From an uncultured Bacilli bacterium (GTDB lineage Bacteria > Bacillota_I > Bacilli_A > RF39 > UBA660): a stretch of DNA of 15,471 nt. The notes under the pieces are model-generated. The model was not told the DNA's origin. It saw only the letters and a list, made by a program, of their open reading frames with translations, and ran no database searches. The translations under genes were made by a program, and so were the position numbers. The DNA lies in contig CANRJN010000033.1 of NCBI GenBank assembly GCA_947630945.1, positions 1 through 15,471 of the forward strand, read 5' to 3'. Shown piece by piece: positions 14,452 to 15,471 of this stretch; positions within the stretch are counted from its first letter, which is position 1, and the number at the start of each line of letters is the position of its first letter.

Positions 14452-14916
14452 TTAATGTCTATTAAAGAAATTTAATATTTTATTTTTAATTTTTGAATTG
14501 TTCTGTTTCTCAAATTCATAAACAAATTTTTCTAAATAATCATATGCATTTATATACACCCATTCACGAAATTGTTTACGATTTGGTATCTCAATAACTT
14601 TTTTATTCATAAAAAGATCCACTGCATCTTCACCCGTTGTATATCTTATATAAGTAGATTTATAAGTTTTTCTATATTTACCTACAATAGTAGAAAATGA
14701 ATTAAGAATATCTTTAATATAGTCAACTTGGTCTAAAGTTATTTCAGAATTATTTAATACTATACCATCTAAAATTATTGTTCCTCTATCTAATCCAAAA
14801 TATAATGCATTATTTTGATTATTTTTTTCTTTTGTAGTATAGATAAACTTTTCATTATCAAATACAAACATTTCATAATCTATATCTCTATCTCTTAAAA
14901 AAATTTCTAGCATCAA
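14452..14916 (-). CDS. Hypothetical protein (154 aa as tracked)
   Basis: Intact ORF. The likely start is the ATG at 14913, preceded by GGGGGG with 5-nt spacing. No recognisable motif. Its TAA stop is in frame with the 20-codon ATPase-tail remnant that follows. Confidence 0.55.
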   Translation of the reverse strand: MMLEIFLRDRDIDYEMFVFDNEKFIYTTKEKNNQNNALYFGLDRGTIILDGIVLNNSEITLDQVDYIKDILNSFSTIVGKYRKTYKSTYIRYTTGEDAVDLFMNKKVIEIPNRKQFREWVYINAYDYLEKFVYEFEKQNNSKIKNKILNFFNRH

Positions 14917-15028
14917 ATCCCCCCTTTTAATTGCTATATATTATACAACATTTTCAATTACAAAGGAATCAAATAAGACAAAAAAGGTAAAACTTAAAAA
15001 TATTTTAGAAAAAATAATGGTGTAGAAT

Positions 15029-15097
15029 CATTTAAATAAAAATTCACTTAATTATTTTTTAAGTTTATAAGTATCTAAATCAGTAATATTATAATCA
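15029..15097. repeat. Direct repeat, right copy (left copy at 8054..8122)
   Basis: See 8054..8122. Confidence 0.85.
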
Positions 15098-15471
15098 AAA
15101 TCTATTAAAAGATTAGCAAATTCATTTATTGATTCTTCATTAATTTCTTGTTTTAGTAATATGGTTAAATCTTCCATTAATAAATCAAATAAATATTTAC
15201 TAGCATCTAAAATATTATCAAATGCTTTTTCTCTACAAAATGTTCCTCTATCATTTGTTTGCCATACAATCCATAAATTATTAGATTTAAAAATACAAGG
15301 TTGATAAAAATTATTGTATGGACTCATATGAAAACAAACTTGTAATTTATTAGCTACTTCACTTAAAAACTTTAAAGTTTTAACTTCCTCAAATGTTAAA
15401 TCATATGTTTCAGGATATTTTTTTAAAAAAGTTTCAATATGATCAGTTTTGCATTCTTCAAATATATCCAT
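15052..15471 (-). CDS. Hypothetical protein; the start coincides with the window edge, so it may be 5'-incomplete
   Basis: 139-aa ORF whose ATG occupies the last three bases of the window. Its C-terminus DFDYNITDLDTYKLKK is shared with the truncated paralog at 8077..8277. Confidence 0.55.
   Translation of the reverse strand: MDIFEECKTDHIETFLKKYPETYDLTFEEVKTLKFLSEVANKLQVCFHMSPYNNFYQPCIFKSNNLWIVWQTNDRGTFCREKAFDNILDASKYLFDLLMEDLTILLKQEINEESINEFANLLIDFDYNITDLDTYKLKK

Noticed and set aside
1-15471. Alternative genetic code (TGA read as Trp, Mollicutes-like), suggested by the extreme AT content
   Set aside because: ORFs of 417-545 aa are intact under the standard code, and Trp is encoded by TGG. 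TGA functions as a plausible stop at 14007 and 14389. The broken genes are interrupted by TAA/TAG or frameshifts, not only by TGA.

Overview
Very AT-rich bacterial accessory region, roughly 20-25% G+C by eye. It reads cleanly with the standard code: long intact ORFs, TGG for Trp, and all three stop codons in use. The lineage cannot be assigned from sequence alone; the composition resembles low-GC Firmicutes or Fusobacteria. Nearly all genes are on the minus strand.

Left to right:
- a small hypothetical gene and a pentapeptide-repeat protein
- a multi-frameshift pseudogene
- an ABC half-transporter whose true 5' end appears frameshifted
- two paralogous proteins built from 28-aa (84-bp) tandem repeats, each with a duplicated ~107-bp promoter block, flanking a UDG-superfamily gene
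- a truncated gene fragment and a decayed DDE transposase

The most interesting block is a translationally coupled three-gene operon at 8985-12520 (minus strand):
- an AAA_5/MoxR-like ATPase with an N-terminal DUF6273-like domain
- a 130-aa P-loop-less paralog of the same AAA core
- an HExxH metallopeptidase plus vWA/MIDAS protein (DUF2201-like) carrying a long N/Q/S/D/E/K low-complexity insert

An IS110-family element with a candidate bridge RNA sits immediately upstream of the ATPase, next to a perfect 36-bp palindrome that covers the ATPase start codon. A ~64-bp copy of the ATPase 3' end, stop, RBS and next-gene start recurs 3.5 kb away, in frame behind the stop codon of an unrelated 154-aa ORF. 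There it leads into a 129-aa ORF that looks like the missing C-terminal half of the DUF6273-like domain.

The whole 6.9-kb block is bracketed by 91%-identical direct repeats derived from the 3' end of a small paralogous gene. No rRNA, tRNA or CRISPR array was seen. All family assignments are motif-level recognition by eye and need HMM or structure confirmation.
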